Shown: positions 26,371-35,678 of the stretch, piece after piece
Position numbering within the stretch: position 1 is the stretch's first letter
Layout of the letters: each line of letters begins with the position of its first letter
Sequence record: NC_027402.1
Strand: one strand, 5' to 3'
Length of the DNA: 64,000 nt
Notes under the pieces: model-generated
What the model saw: the letters and a program-made list of their open reading frames with translations, nothing else
Told to the model about the DNA's origin: nothing
The model's database searches: none
Program-made: the position numbers and the translations under genes

Positions 26371-26411
26371 CTACCCTCGCCCGTTTAGCGAGGGTAGGTA
26401 TTTATTTTTTT
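26371..26411 (+). terminator. Intrinsic terminator
   Basis: CTACCCTCGC-ccgttta-GCGAGGGTAG then T run. Confidence 0.8.
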
Positions 26412-26448
26412 TCTTACGAATCGTCCACTCCGTATAGGAGGTAAGTCC

Positions 26449-27048
26449 ATGAAAAAGATTTATAAAATTGCGGTAATCGGTTCTCGGAAGACTGATGAAG
26501 ATACCATGTCTGAAATGTACATGCGATTGTTACGTGGGTTTAATGCGCTACACGCCAAAGGCTACACGATTCATTTTTCTTCTGGCGGCTGCTGGTGTGG
26601 CCCAGACCAATTGCAATTCCGATTTGCCCGACAGTGGGCGAATACAATAGACCAGAACACTGGCAAGAAAGTGGTGTGGGATGACGAGTTCATCTGCTAT
26701 TTACCCGATGAGAAAAAGCTTTGGCTCAAGAAACAGAACCCCAACGTAGAGTTCCGTGTAATCCCTCAGGACGACCGCTATCGTGAGATAGTAGGTAAGC
26801 TTCATCCCGCGCCAGAAAAGCTCCAGGAGTTCGCCTGGGCGCTTCACGGGCGTAATCTGAATATAATTATGGGCGATGATTTAGCAACGCCTGTAGACGC
26901 AGTCTATTACTCTGCGCCTTTAGATAAACAAGGTAATCCGACCGGCGGTACTGCAATGGGCGTAAAATACGCTAAGCAGTGTGGTATTCCTTGTTACCAC
27001 CATGCGCTTGAAGGACATCTGTGGCTTGAGAGCTTGTGCTTATTATGA
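26449..27048 (+). CDS. SLOG-superfamily (DprA/YspA-like Rossmann) protein
   Basis: IAVIGSR, SSGGCWCGPD, HGRN..IMGDDLATPVD and GGTAMGV..A...GIP motifs. Confidence 0.75.
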   Translation: MKKIYKIAVIGSRKTDEDTMSEMYMRLLRGFNALHAKGYTIHFSSGGCWCGPDQLQFRFARQWANTIDQNTGKKVVWDDEFICYLPDEKKLWLKKQNPNVEFRVIPQDDRYREIVGKLHPAPEKLQEFAWALHGRNLNIIMGDDLATPVDAVYYSAPLDKQGNPTGGTAMGVKYAKQCGIPCYHHALEGHLWLESLCLL

Positions 27049-27078
27049 CCACGTTGCCTTTAATCAGAGGTCGCTGTT

Positions 27079-27351
27079 ATGCAAACAACCGGTTTAGCTC
27101 GTCGTTTGTGGGAAGCCTTCTTCCCCACGCCATCAAAACCCATTAAGAAGGTGACTAGCCTTCGCTTGTTCCCAGGCACCGAGGATGAGTTCTTCGATTA
27201 CCTGGAACGGCATGGTTTTGATTCGAAAGTTGCACCGCAGGAAAATGACCCAATTCAGACGGTCTACACTACACCGGATACGGGTGAAATATTTGCTTTG
27301 TGTGTTCGCTGGCCACATCGTAATTATTACTACACTTTGACGCAGATATAA
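27079..27351 (+). CDS. Hypothetical protein (90 aa)
   Basis: SD GAGG. Confidence 0.7.
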   Translation: MQTTGLARRLWEAFFPTPSKPIKKVTSLRLFPGTEDEFFDYLERHGFDSKVAPQENDPIQTVYTTPDTGEIFALCVRWPHRNYYYTLTQI

Positions 27352-27361
27352 GGAGCAGGGG

Positions 27362-28495
27362 ATGTCGACGCTCGATTTAGATTTAGAAGTCCTGACTGAC
27401 GACTACGATCGCCTGGTCGCACTCGAAGGTCTGGGAGTTAAGCCCGACTTCCCTGCGGTTTGCGCGATTCGTCAGCGTTGGTGCTTAACCGACGACGGTG
27501 AAGATATGTTGGTTGCTCGTGAATCGCGTGAAGCGATGGAGCGTGCTCAGTTTATGACTGATACCGACCCGCGGGCTGGCATCCATCGCGCAGCAGGGCG
27601 CATTACTGCGAAAGCTGTTAAAGGCGCTGGAAAGCTAGTGGGCGCTGGACTAGGTGCAACCGCAAAGGGCGCGGGTAAACTTTCGAAAAAGCTCGCATTA
27701 CGCTTTTACGATTTCGCGGAAGCGCTAGCGAAAGAACAAGCCGACCGTTTGAAAGAAATAACTTCGAAAGCTGCTTTCATGGAACGTAAGCTCAATAAGC
27801 TTAAAACGCGAATGTCGCTGCTAGATGACCACAAAACACTCGCTGCAGTTGACGTTCACACGAGCAGCTGGACGTCTAAAATTTGTTTTGAAGATCGACC
27901 CGATTTTGAAGCGTGTGTTCAGTTTTCTAAACAAACAAATGCGTACGAAGGCGTCGTGCAAAAGTACACGGTTTACACACGCACTGCTCTGAAGAAAAGC
28001 AAAGCATTCGAAGGGCCGGGCTTAAAACAAATCAGCAAGTCCACAAACTGGGCAGTTAAGCGTGCCGCTGGACTGCTTGGCATCATCGATCCCTTTAAAA
28101 AGGTGGAAGCTTTTCCTGTTCCTGGAAATATCGTTGTGGTTGAGCACCATAGTGGTAAGATCAGTTGGGCAATTGCGCGTGACGGCGATTATGGTGAGAC
28201 CATTAAATCGCTGGATATGCATCAGTGTGGGAAAGCAATAGAGGCTGTGGAAGCACTTATCAAATCTATTGCTGCGCGCGGAACAAAGAACCGTGTTGTA
28301 GGCTACACTGGTATCTACGAAGAAGTGGAAGCGATGAAGTCCGAGCTTAAGAACCTGGAAGGGGATGAGCTGAAAGAAGCCACTTTGCGCTACCGCAATG
28401 CAATGGCGATGGAAGACGCTTTTACCACGGCATTGGTACGTGTGGCGGAGGGTCTAATGGAATGGACAAAACAGTCGTTGGCTGAGGTGAAATGA
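27362..28495 (+). CDS. Probable internal head protein with acidic propeptide
   Basis: SD TAAGGAG; acidic N-terminus ending in ALE-22 (AxE protease motif), then basic Ala/Lys-rich body. Confidence 0.55.
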   Translation: MSTLDLDLEVLTDDYDRLVALEGLGVKPDFPAVCAIRQRWCLTDDGEDMLVARESREAMERAQFMTDTDPRAGIHRAAGRITAKAVKGAGKLVGAGLGATAKGAGKLSKKLALRFYDFAEALAKEQADRLKEITSKAAFMERKLNKLKTRMSLLDDHKTLAAVDVHTSSWTSKICFEDRPDFEACVQFSKQTNAYEGVVQKYTVYTRTALKKSKAFEGPGLKQISKSTNWAVKRAAGLLGIIDPFKKVEAFPVPGNIVVVEHHSGKISWAIARDGDYGETIKSLDMHQCGKAIEAVEALIKSIAARGTKNRVVGYTGIYEEVEAMKSELKNLEGDELKEATLRYRNAMAMEDAFTTALVRVAEGLMEWTKQSLAEVK

Positions 28496-28959
28496 TGAAA
28501 ATTGTTTTTGTCACCAAGCCCAACTCTCCGTATGGAAAGAAATACTATGCGGACTTGTTAGGACTACACAACAAGTTATACGACGATCAGAAAATAAAAC
28601 TTGCCGACTTAAACGGTCGTGAAGGGTTTAATCAAATCTCAAAACTAGAGGAGGTTTGGGGTGAAGGTACGCTGTGCGCTTGCGCCGTTGATGACCGTGG
28701 TGTGGCTGTTGGTTTCATCACCTTTGGCTACACCAAAAAGGGACAACGTTTCCTCTGGGTATATAACTTCTTTGTAGATGAATCAGTTCGCTCTCAAGGC
28801 GTCGGTCATGAGTTAATTGAAGCCGTAGAAAATTACGGCAAATCAAAAGGCTGCGCATGGATGCAGCTTAACGTGCTCGGTAATAACGACCGTGCTATTG
28901 CGTTTTATGAACGTTTCGGTTTTCGAACTGAATACCAGGATATGGTAAAGGAGCTTTAA
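28492..28959 (+). CDS. GNAT acetyltransferase
   Basis: FVDESVRSQGVGHELI; NDRAIAFYERFGF. Confidence 0.9.
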   Translation: MMKIVFVTKPNSPYGKKYYADLLGLHNKLYDDQKIKLADLNGREGFNQISKLEEVWGEGTLCACAVDDRGVAVGFITFGYTKKGQRFLWVYNFFVDESVRSQGVGHELIEAVENYGKSKGCAWMQLNVLGNNDRAIAFYERFGFRTEYQDMVKEL

Positions 28960-28960
28960 C

Positions 28961-29569
28961 ATGGTAGCTGTCCGCAGCGTGCCGCATCAGACTGGCTCGC
29001 GATATACTTTTTGTGTAAAGCGTTTTGGGGCAAGAAATCGCCCTGGTTGGAAGGTGGTACGTGCGATGGGACAGTTCTGGCAAATACCACCCGGCACGTT
29101 AAAATATTTTTCAGTAGACAGAATAATCCGGTTCTTAAACGCGGCTGACCCAAGTCAACGCTCCAGTTTTATGGCAGGGATTGTTTGTCGTCCCGATGGG
29201 AAAACACGCGATGCAACCACTCGTGGAATCTACTGGACAGGACAGAACGCGTTTCAGGTTGGCTTACCTTGCCTGAAGTGTGAAGTGACGCCGTTTAATG
29301 GTCCCTACGCCGATGCGCACTTCACCGGTATCTTTGTGTCGTTCCCAGACGACCCGTCTTTAAACTACTTTTTATCAGTGGACAAAGACGTCAGTATTGA
29401 TACCTTTTACAAATACTTGTTGTTTTACAGCCGGTATATCCGCGTGACTCCTGTGCATGAAGATTGGTATTATAAAAATCCCTTGAACTATGGGAGGGAC
29501 AGGAGACTAGAAGGATGTTCTATCGAGAGCTTCAACTCTGTACCGCAGCGCTCCATGGCGCTAATGTGA
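28961..29569 (+). CDS. Hypothetical protein (202 aa)
   Basis: SD TAAGGAG. Confidence 0.7.
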   Translation: MVAVRSVPHQTGSRYTFCVKRFGARNRPGWKVVRAMGQFWQIPPGTLKYFSVDRIIRFLNAADPSQRSSFMAGIVCRPDGKTRDATTRGIYWTGQNAFQVGLPCLKCEVTPFNGPYADAHFTGIFVSFPDDPSLNYFLSVDKDVSIDTFYKYLLFYSRYIRVTPVHEDWYYKNPLNYGRDRRLEGCSIESFNSVPQRSMALM

Positions 29570-29886
29570 GCAAGAACGGGGACCTGGAAGACGTCGCGCA
29601 AGCCTTACGGGCTGTGTCGGAGGTTGACCAGGTCGACATCGACGCTAAGTATTTAGGCGGCGGTGTAAAGCGTATTCAGTTGACCGTGCGAGCCAAACAT
29701 GGCAGCTGCTCGTTACATTTTCGAGTCAGTGCGGATTATTTCCTGGTACTGCGCTCCACATTCAGTCACGATGGTCGGACTCACCGGGTTCGGTGGATGC
29801 ACGACATTACTAAATTTGGCTACCCGCTTGCAGAACAACGTAAAGTCGTACATGACTTTATGGCTGCAGTCGTTGCGGGGTTTTAA
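29515..29886 (+). CDS. Hypothetical protein (start uncertain)
   Basis: ORF fills the operon gap. Confidence 0.6.
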   Translation: MFYRELQLCTAALHGANVSKNGDLEDVAQALRAVSEVDQVDIDAKYLGGGVKRIQLTVRAKHGSCSLHFRVSADYFLVLRSTFSHDGRTHRVRWMHDITKFGYPLAEQRKVVHDFMAAVVAGF

Positions 29887-29895
29887 GGGGAGACT

Positions 29896-30495
29896 GTGAT
29901 GTCTGAGATGATTCTCGATTCGCTGTTTTTGATTACGGTTGCAAACATCAATAAAAACGGCAATCTTCCAGAATACGTAGACATAAGTCGTCATGGCTTT
30001 AAGCGTCGTTATCAAATCGGTAAGGTACTAGAGATTGCCTGTTTAGTAACGAACATGCGTAGACCGGTGGAAGGCTGTAGCGTTAAACATGCACAGATGA
30101 TACTCGGACGTGCTATTTCAGAAGTACGTCGTAAGCGTCGTCGTGCACCGTATCGCTTTTATCCTAACTCCACCAAACAGGTGGTGGGTGAAGGTGAAGG
30201 TGTGGTTGATTTGCGTGAGGCCAGTTGTAATGTAGGTGGTATTGCGCGTGACTGGTTAATGAGCATTATCAGTAAGCATCCACGTACACCTACGCCGCAA
30301 GAAGGACAGGCGGTACTCGCACTTATGCGTAAGACCCATTTGGTGATCACCGACACACCGAATCAGGCAGCACGAATGCAGCACTATTTGGCGTGTCGTG
30401 GCTTTACCACACTCGCAGTGCCATCAGAATACGCAACTGATATTAAACTTCCGCCAGTCCCCGAGTGGTCTGAACCGAAAGTTGATCATCAGTGA
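29896..30495 (+). CDS. Hypothetical basic protein (199 aa)
   Basis: SD GGGGAG; followed by terminator. Confidence 0.75.
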   Translation: MMSEMILDSLFLITVANINKNGNLPEYVDISRHGFKRRYQIGKVLEIACLVTNMRRPVEGCSVKHAQMILGRAISEVRRKRRRAPYRFYPNSTKQVVGEGEGVVDLREASCNVGGIARDWLMSIISKHPRTPTPQEGQAVLALMRKTHLVITDTPNQAARMQHYLACRGFTTLAVPSEYATDIKLPPVPEWSEPKVDHQ

Positions 30496-30500
30496 GTTAT

Positions 30501-30538
30501 ACCCACTCCTTCGGGAGTGGGTCGACTCTATTGTTTTT
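30501..30538 (+). terminator. Intrinsic terminator (UUCG loop)
   Basis: ACCCACTCC-ttcg-GGAGTGGGT. Confidence 0.7.
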
Positions 30539-30560
30539 CGGATAGATATTATTTTAGGGA
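30536..30560 (+). promoter_or_regulatory. Early-type promoter P4
   Basis: TTTCGGATA-GATATTAT-TTTAGGGA. Confidence 0.65.
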
Positions 30561-30652
30561 GACGTACAAAATTTACGTTTCATCCTTAGCATATGCTAGA
30601 AGCCGTTGTGAGTCGGTTAAAACTCACCAACTTAAACTAAGAGAGAAATACC

Positions 30653-31411
30653 ATGACTGTTAATACTACGAAGAAAGAGTTCCTGTCCGTCCCCACTGCC
30701 TGTGGCGAATATCGTTATGTATTTTTGTATAACGAAGAGATGATCGGTAAGGGCGGGATGCCGATTATGATAGAGCATAAGCTCATCAGCGCTAAAACAG
30801 GCGGTACCGTTGTACATGGCACGACTGAGTTCTTCGCAACTAACGCAACGCGGGAAGATGTTATTCGCGGGTTGCTGAAAGCACTGCGTGAAGTCTCAGC
30901 CAGGATGTTCTTTAAACACATCGCCCGTAAGCCTGAACTCATCCCCGCATGGAAAGAGTTCGACTTAGAAGCACTGCGTGAAGCTGCACCACGCTATGTC
31001 TTCATTGAAGAATGCATCAATGCGTATTTTAAAGACGTGATGCAAACCGAGCGATTGGTAAATAAAGCATCCGAAACAGGAAATCGTTTCTTCCGCAGTG
31101 TCAAATTTAAAGAAGACCTCCGGGCTAACTTCAACGATATTGAACTGCGTGTCACCCGCCGCATGACACTGCTGCGTCCTGAATCAGATACACCGCAGGC
31201 CATGTTGTCTTATTCCTTGGCCCCTTCTGCGTTGTTTAACAAACGCGAAGGCTTCAGTGTAATGTCGCTCAATTTCACTAACAAGTACGCGTTAGGGGAA
31301 TGGCCGTCATTAAATGCATTCTTCAAAAGTCCGGGCATCAAGCCGGTCATCGAAGCATGGATTGAGCACACCTGGACACCAGAAATGAAGAACCGCAAGG
31401 CTATCGAGTAA
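30653..31411 (+). CDS. Hypothetical protein (252 aa)
   Basis: Single-gene unit between P4 and terminator. Confidence 0.8.
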   Translation: MTVNTTKKEFLSVPTACGEYRYVFLYNEEMIGKGGMPIMIEHKLISAKTGGTVVHGTTEFFATNATREDVIRGLLKALREVSARMFFKHIARKPELIPAWKEFDLEALREAAPRYVFIEECINAYFKDVMQTERLVNKASETGNRFFRSVKFKEDLRANFNDIELRVTRRMTLLRPESDTPQAMLSYSLAPSALFNKREGFSVMSLNFTNKYALGEWPSLNAFFKSPGIKPVIEAWIEHTWTPEMKNRKAIE

Positions 31412-31424
31412 TAACATCTAATGT

Positions 31425-31462
31425 CAGGCATCCTTCGGGGTGCCTGTTTTATTTTTTTTCTT
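31425..31462 (+). terminator. Intrinsic terminator (UUCG loop)
   Basis: CAGGCATCC-ttcg-GGGTGCCTG then T run. Confidence 0.85.
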
Positions 31463-31523
31463 TACGTTTGGTCGCTATATTGTGACACCACTACAATTAA
31501 TTAAACTTTTGGGGAAGAATAAA

Positions 31524-32147
31524 ATGTTAAACTCAGTGGCGCTGGATGGTCCGGACTTTTCTGGCAAATCAACACTCGCGAAAATGATTCAAGCGATGTT
31601 GCGCTCCGCTGGCGTTAATGTCATCATCGTCAATCACCCGACGAATACCACTGAAGCCGGTATTAGTGCACGTTCTCTGGTTATCCAGCACGCTTCTAAC
31701 GAACGCATTGCTAAAGCGATGTGTCTGGATTTCCAATACACGATGGATTTCGTTGTACCAGAGCACGATGTCGTTATTTTTGACCGTTTTTGTCAATCGA
31801 CTATTGTCTACCAGGGCGTCGATGGTAAAGGGGAAGTTTTCCGTTCACGGGTATTAGACCACATTAACGCACCGAAACTTTACGTGGCAACCGATGTATC
31901 CTACGAAACCGCCACAGAACGCTTTAAGAAGCGCGCAGAGGCCCAGGGCAAGAACTGGGATGATGAGGTACTGACAGCGAAGTATCTGCGCTCACAGACT
32001 GATTGGGACGCGTTACGCGACCACTACCGTTTTGCTTTCCACATCACCACAGATGGCGGCGATAAGTTCCCGCTGATGCGTGTTACGGCTGACGACGATA
32101 TAGCGTTACAAGCCGCGCGTATCGTTGAACGTATTCTGGCAGGTTAG
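31524..32147 (+). CDS. tmk: Thymidylate (dTMP) kinase
   Basis: VALDGPDFSGKST P-loop; VIFDRFCQSTIVYQG; start moved to ATG 31524. Confidence 0.88.
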   Translation: MLNSVALDGPDFSGKSTLAKMIQAMLRSAGVNVIIVNHPTNTTEAGISARSLVIQHASNERIAKAMCLDFQYTMDFVVPEHDVVIFDRFCQSTIVYQGVDGKGEVFRSRVLDHINAPKLYVATDVSYETATERFKKRAEAQGKNWDDEVLTAKYLRSQTDWDALRDHYRFAFHITTDGGDKFPLMRVTADDDIALQAARIVERILAG

Positions 32148-32153
32148 TTGTAC

Positions 32154-32190
32154 CCCTCTTACCTTCGGGTAAGAGGGTATTGTCTTTTTT
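32154..32190 (+). terminator. Intrinsic terminator (UUCG loop)
   Basis: CCCTCTTACC-ttcg-GGTAAGAGGG, identical to 5345-5368. Confidence 0.8.
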
Positions 32191-32234
32191 ACAGATCGGA
32201 ACAGTCTTATGCTTTTTGCTTCCAGTCCACTAAA

Positions 32235-32259
32235 TTTCAGATATATATTACTTAGGTGA
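32235..32259 (+). promoter_or_regulatory. Phage early promoter P5
   Basis: TTTCAGATA-TATATTAC-TTAGGTGA. Confidence 0.8.
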
Positions 32260-32309
32260 GAGTTACTACTAAACTCTCTAATCGACTATTAATCTAAAGG
32301 AGTATTCTA

Positions 32310-32675
32310 ATGCGTTTTAAACATCAAACCGTTGTGTTGGCAAAGAAAGCGTTTTTGGTTCGTCTTTCTTACATTATTACTCGTGTCACTGCGAAGGACG
32401 TTACGCAGAAAGACATTGCGTTATTAGTAGGCTGCTCACCGTCACAAATATCTGCGATTAAAAATGAACGTGAGAAGGCCGTGACTATCGAAACATTGAT
32501 GCGGGTTGCTGATACACTGCGCCTGAATTACGAAATCGTCTACCGTTCTATCAACGGTAAATGTCGTCATAGCTTTAAAATTGAATCATGCATCGATTAC
32601 ATGAACAACTGTCCTATCCGGGTACGAGAAACAGGACTTAAAGTCATGGCACGTAAACCTTCTGCAGTAATGTAG
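32310..32675 (+). CDS. XRE/Cro-C1-type helix-turn-helix protein
   Basis: VTQKDIALLVGCSPSQISAIKNE...VTIETLMRVADTL. Confidence 0.85.
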   Translation: MRFKHQTVVLAKKAFLVRLSYIITRVTAKDVTQKDIALLVGCSPSQISAIKNEREKAVTIETLMRVADTLRLNYEIVYRSINGKCRHSFKIESCIDYMNNCPIRVRETGLKVMARKPSAVM

Positions 32676-32686
32676 GGAGCAAACGT

Positions 32687-33073
32687 ATGAATTGGTTTGT
32701 AAATGGTATCACCCGTCGCGTGATGACGGAAGAGGATGATCGATGTAAACATCTTAAAGTGGGCTCTATAGCCCCGCGCTATACGGCAGAGTGCGACCCA
32801 TGGGGCCGCGAAACGTATTACATGTGCGAAGACTGCTGGGAAAAACTGCAGGCTGCAATTGCGGCGGAGGAAGTGGTCTGCGACGACTGCAAAGGTACCT
32901 TCCCGAAACGAGATACCGTTGAATGGAAATGGTACGACTTTGACCCCAGACAAGGGGATAAAGAACTTTGTATCTGTAATAACTGCGTGTCTTTACCGAC
33001 ACATTTAAACCGTGTAGAGAATGACCGTCGGGCATTTGAACACGACTTTCCAGAAGCAACTTTCTGGGATTAA
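32687..33073 (+). CDS. Cys-rich probable zinc-binding protein
   Basis: CEDC, CDDC and CNNC plus further Cys/His. Confidence 0.75.
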   Translation: MNWFVNGITRRVMTEEDDRCKHLKVGSIAPRYTAECDPWGRETYYMCEDCWEKLQAAIAAEEVVCDDCKGTFPKRDTVEWKWYDFDPRQGDKELCICNNCVSLPTHLNRVENDRRAFEHDFPEATFWD

Positions 33074-33099
33074 CTAGTGTAAACCTTAAGGAGTATATC

Positions 33100-33756
33100 A
33101 TGGCGAAGGCCCCTAAAACTGTAGCAAAAGATTCAACGGCAAGCAGCGCGGTTAAATCCACAAAGTCGCGTACCACTGAATCCACGCGTACATCTAGCAT
33201 TCCGAAGCCGGATGTGATTGTACCGATCAGCGAGCGCCTGAAAACGATTCACATCGAACGTGAATTTCCGATTGACCTTGGTCAGGAAATCGTTGCGGTT
33301 AATCTTGGTAGTGATGTCCGCTTTACTATCTATAAAGGCGCGCATCTGAACAACATGGTGCTAACACGCGGTGATGAAGTTATCGGTCTGTCTCGTTACG
33401 ACACGCAAATCGAAAACATCTATCCGGTGTTTGCAGTAGCGATGTTGCGTTTGTTTATGCAGGATAAAGCCGACCTTTGTGGTCAGCTTGCGGGTATGGC
33501 GGATCGTGTTGGTCATATTCTGCCGACGCTGGTGAAACTGTACCCAGTTACGATTGACGTGGCGTTTACTACGGTAGACAACAACCACGGTTATATCGTG
33601 CTGACCAAAGACGGTAAAGTTATCGCTGGTAATCTGACTGATAACGAAGTGCAGAAGCATATGGACAAATTTGCGTTCATGGTGAATCGCTTGGCGCACG
33701 TCAGTGTCAAACATTCTGAAACTTGGACGGCGCTTGTCTCCAAACCTGAACTGTAA
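33100..33756 (+). CDS. Hypothetical protein with S/T/K-rich N-tail and internal duplication
   Basis: SD TAAGGAG; two copies of V.FT....H....VLT....VI.....FA....RL. Confidence 0.8.
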   Translation: MAKAPKTVAKDSTASSAVKSTKSRTTESTRTSSIPKPDVIVPISERLKTIHIEREFPIDLGQEIVAVNLGSDVRFTIYKGAHLNNMVLTRGDEVIGLSRYDTQIENIYPVFAVAMLRLFMQDKADLCGQLAGMADRVGHILPTLVKLYPVTIDVAFTTVDNNHGYIVLTKDGKVIAGNLTDNEVQKHMDKFAFMVNRLAHVSVKHSETWTALVSKPEL

Positions 33757-33760
33757 TCTT

Positions 33761-33792
33761 TAAGGGGTCTTCGGACCCCTTAATTTTTTGTC
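33761..33792 (+). terminator. Intrinsic terminator (UUCG loop)
   Basis: TAAGGGGTC-ttcg-GACCCCTTA then T6. Confidence 0.85.
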
Positions 33793-33845
33793 TTTTTACG
33801 CTTTATCCTCATGTTGTGACAGCATTACCTTTTGAGGGCATTAGA

Positions 33846-34844
33846 ATGAAAACTGTGGCTAAATTGTTTCGCACCAGCATCCGCACTGCCGAGTTCCGAA
33901 ATAACGTCGGTACCGATACTGTACGAGCACGCCGCCTAAAAGAGTTTCTAAAGGATGAGACTTATTCTGTTTACGTGGTGAAGAATAAAGAAACCTGGGA
34001 GGGTTATTTAGTGGCCACCTATCGACACGGTGACCCTACACTAACCTGTCACTATTTTGAGGAGTTTGTACCTGGGGCGTTCGATAAAGTTGGTTTGGCC
34101 CTTGTGCTCGACCATACCGGATTCGAATATATGTCGTGCCCAGCACCTACTGACGATGTTGAACAAAAACTGGTCGAAAAAGGGTTTGTTCTTTCAGATA
34201 TCGTTTGGGCATGTCATTCTAAACTGTTTGACAAAGTAATCACCGCATCGGAAATCAAGATTATTTCTGGTGATGCATACGCAGAACTTACCAAGGAAGA
34301 TAAAGACGTTATCCTGAATTTGATTAGCGGTGCAATTTGCGAAGAGCTAGAATACGATATGCGTGGCTACTATACACACATTGGTCCGTTAGCAGAAACA
34401 GTAATAGCAAGAATTCAGCACGCTAATGTGGAGACTGCAATTTGGCGAGACGGTCATGATATCGTCGGTATTGCCCAGATGCGCTTGGTTACACCAGGCG
34501 TCGTTGAACTTTCTGGTTTAACCGTTGCACCCACGCACCGTAAACGTGGCATTGGCCGCCGGCTAATGGGCGCGCTGTTCGATTTCGCACAACGTCATTC
34601 CGACCAAGTCTATATTGAAACAGCTGCTGATAATAATCCAGCAAATCACCTGTATGGCAACATCTTACGTTGCAAGCAGGTACTGCGTACACTAACGTTG
34701 AAACGCGATCCTGAACTTATTAGCTGGAAACGGGTGAATGGGAACCGCGCCGATCGTGTGCTGAAAGAAGAACCTAGCATTCCGGTGGAGACTACAACCA
34801 GGCTGACTATTAGTGATATGTTTCAATCTGGCATGAGAGGATGA
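33846..34844 (+). CDS. Tandem GNAT-domain acetyltransferase
   Basis: C-domain LTVAPTHRKRGIGRRLM and NNPANHLY; degenerate N-domain ending EKGF. Confidence 0.8.
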   Translation: MKTVAKLFRTSIRTAEFRNNVGTDTVRARRLKEFLKDETYSVYVVKNKETWEGYLVATYRHGDPTLTCHYFEEFVPGAFDKVGLALVLDHTGFEYMSCPAPTDDVEQKLVEKGFVLSDIVWACHSKLFDKVITASEIKIISGDAYAELTKEDKDVILNLISGAICEELEYDMRGYYTHIGPLAETVIARIQHANVETAIWRDGHDIVGIAQMRLVTPGVVELSGLTVAPTHRKRGIGRRLMGALFDFAQRHSDQVYIETAADNNPANHLYGNILRCKQVLRTLTLKRDPELISWKRVNGNRADRVLKEEPSIPVETTTRLTISDMFQSGMRG

Positions 34845-34850
34845 TAACGG

Positions 34851-35669
34851 GTGATAAGACCAATTTTAAAATGGATGGGTGGTAAGAGTCGCGTACTGCC
34901 CGAGCTGCTACAGGTGCTTCCGGATGCTGAGTATTTCGTTGAACCGTTTGTGGGTGCAGGGTCAGTTTTTTTAAACACTAAATACCCGAACTATATTCTC
35001 GGCGACACGAACCCGGACTTAATCGAGTTACTGACCATGGCGCGCGATCGTCCGGAAGCGCTGATTCTGGAAGCAAAGGCGCTCTTTGCAAATGGGACGG
35101 ACCGCGGTCTCTACATGGAACGACGCGAGGGATTTAACAGCGAAGCAACCACGGGGAAACCTAATCTCCAGCGCGCCGCGATGTTCCTGTATCTTACACG
35201 TCATGGTTACAATGGTTTGTGCAGATACAATCAGTCGGGTGGGTTTAACGTGCCCTATGGTCAACACCCGAACGGTGTCTATTTCCCTGAAGAGGAAATT
35301 CTGGCGTGGGCAAAACGTTGTTCGGAAACCAACGTCGAGCTGCTCTGCGCGGACTTCCGCGACATCCTAAATAAGTGCCCATCTAACGCTGTGATATACG
35401 CCGACCCGCCCTACATCCCACTTTCGGATACGGCTAAACACGCGCAGTATCACAGCAAAGAATTTTCACAAGCTGACCACCGCGAGTTAGCGAAACTTTT
35501 AAAACAACAAGCTGCCGATGGCAATAAGGTCGTTCTGTCAAACGCAGATACGTTACTCACACGCGATATTTATTACGGCTTTACTTGGCGCGAAGTTCAA
35601 GTAGGTCGATATATGTCTGCGGATGCGAATAAGCGTAAAGCGGTGACGGAGCTAATCGGCACCTTATAA
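34851..35669 (+). CDS. dam: Dam-family (D12 class) N6-adenine DNA methyltransferase
   Basis: LKWMGGKSR, FVEPFVGAGSVF, DTNPDLI, YNGLCRYN..GGFNVPYG, IYADPPY. Confidence 0.95.
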   Translation: MIRPILKWMGGKSRVLPELLQVLPDAEYFVEPFVGAGSVFLNTKYPNYILGDTNPDLIELLTMARDRPEALILEAKALFANGTDRGLYMERREGFNSEATTGKPNLQRAAMFLYLTRHGYNGLCRYNQSGGFNVPYGQHPNGVYFPEEEILAWAKRCSETNVELLCADFRDILNKCPSNAVIYADPPYIPLSDTAKHAQYHSKEFSQADHRELAKLLKQQAADGNKVVLSNADTLLTRDIYYGFTWREVQVGRYMSADANKRKAVTELIGTL

Positions 35670-35678
35670 GGTACCAAC

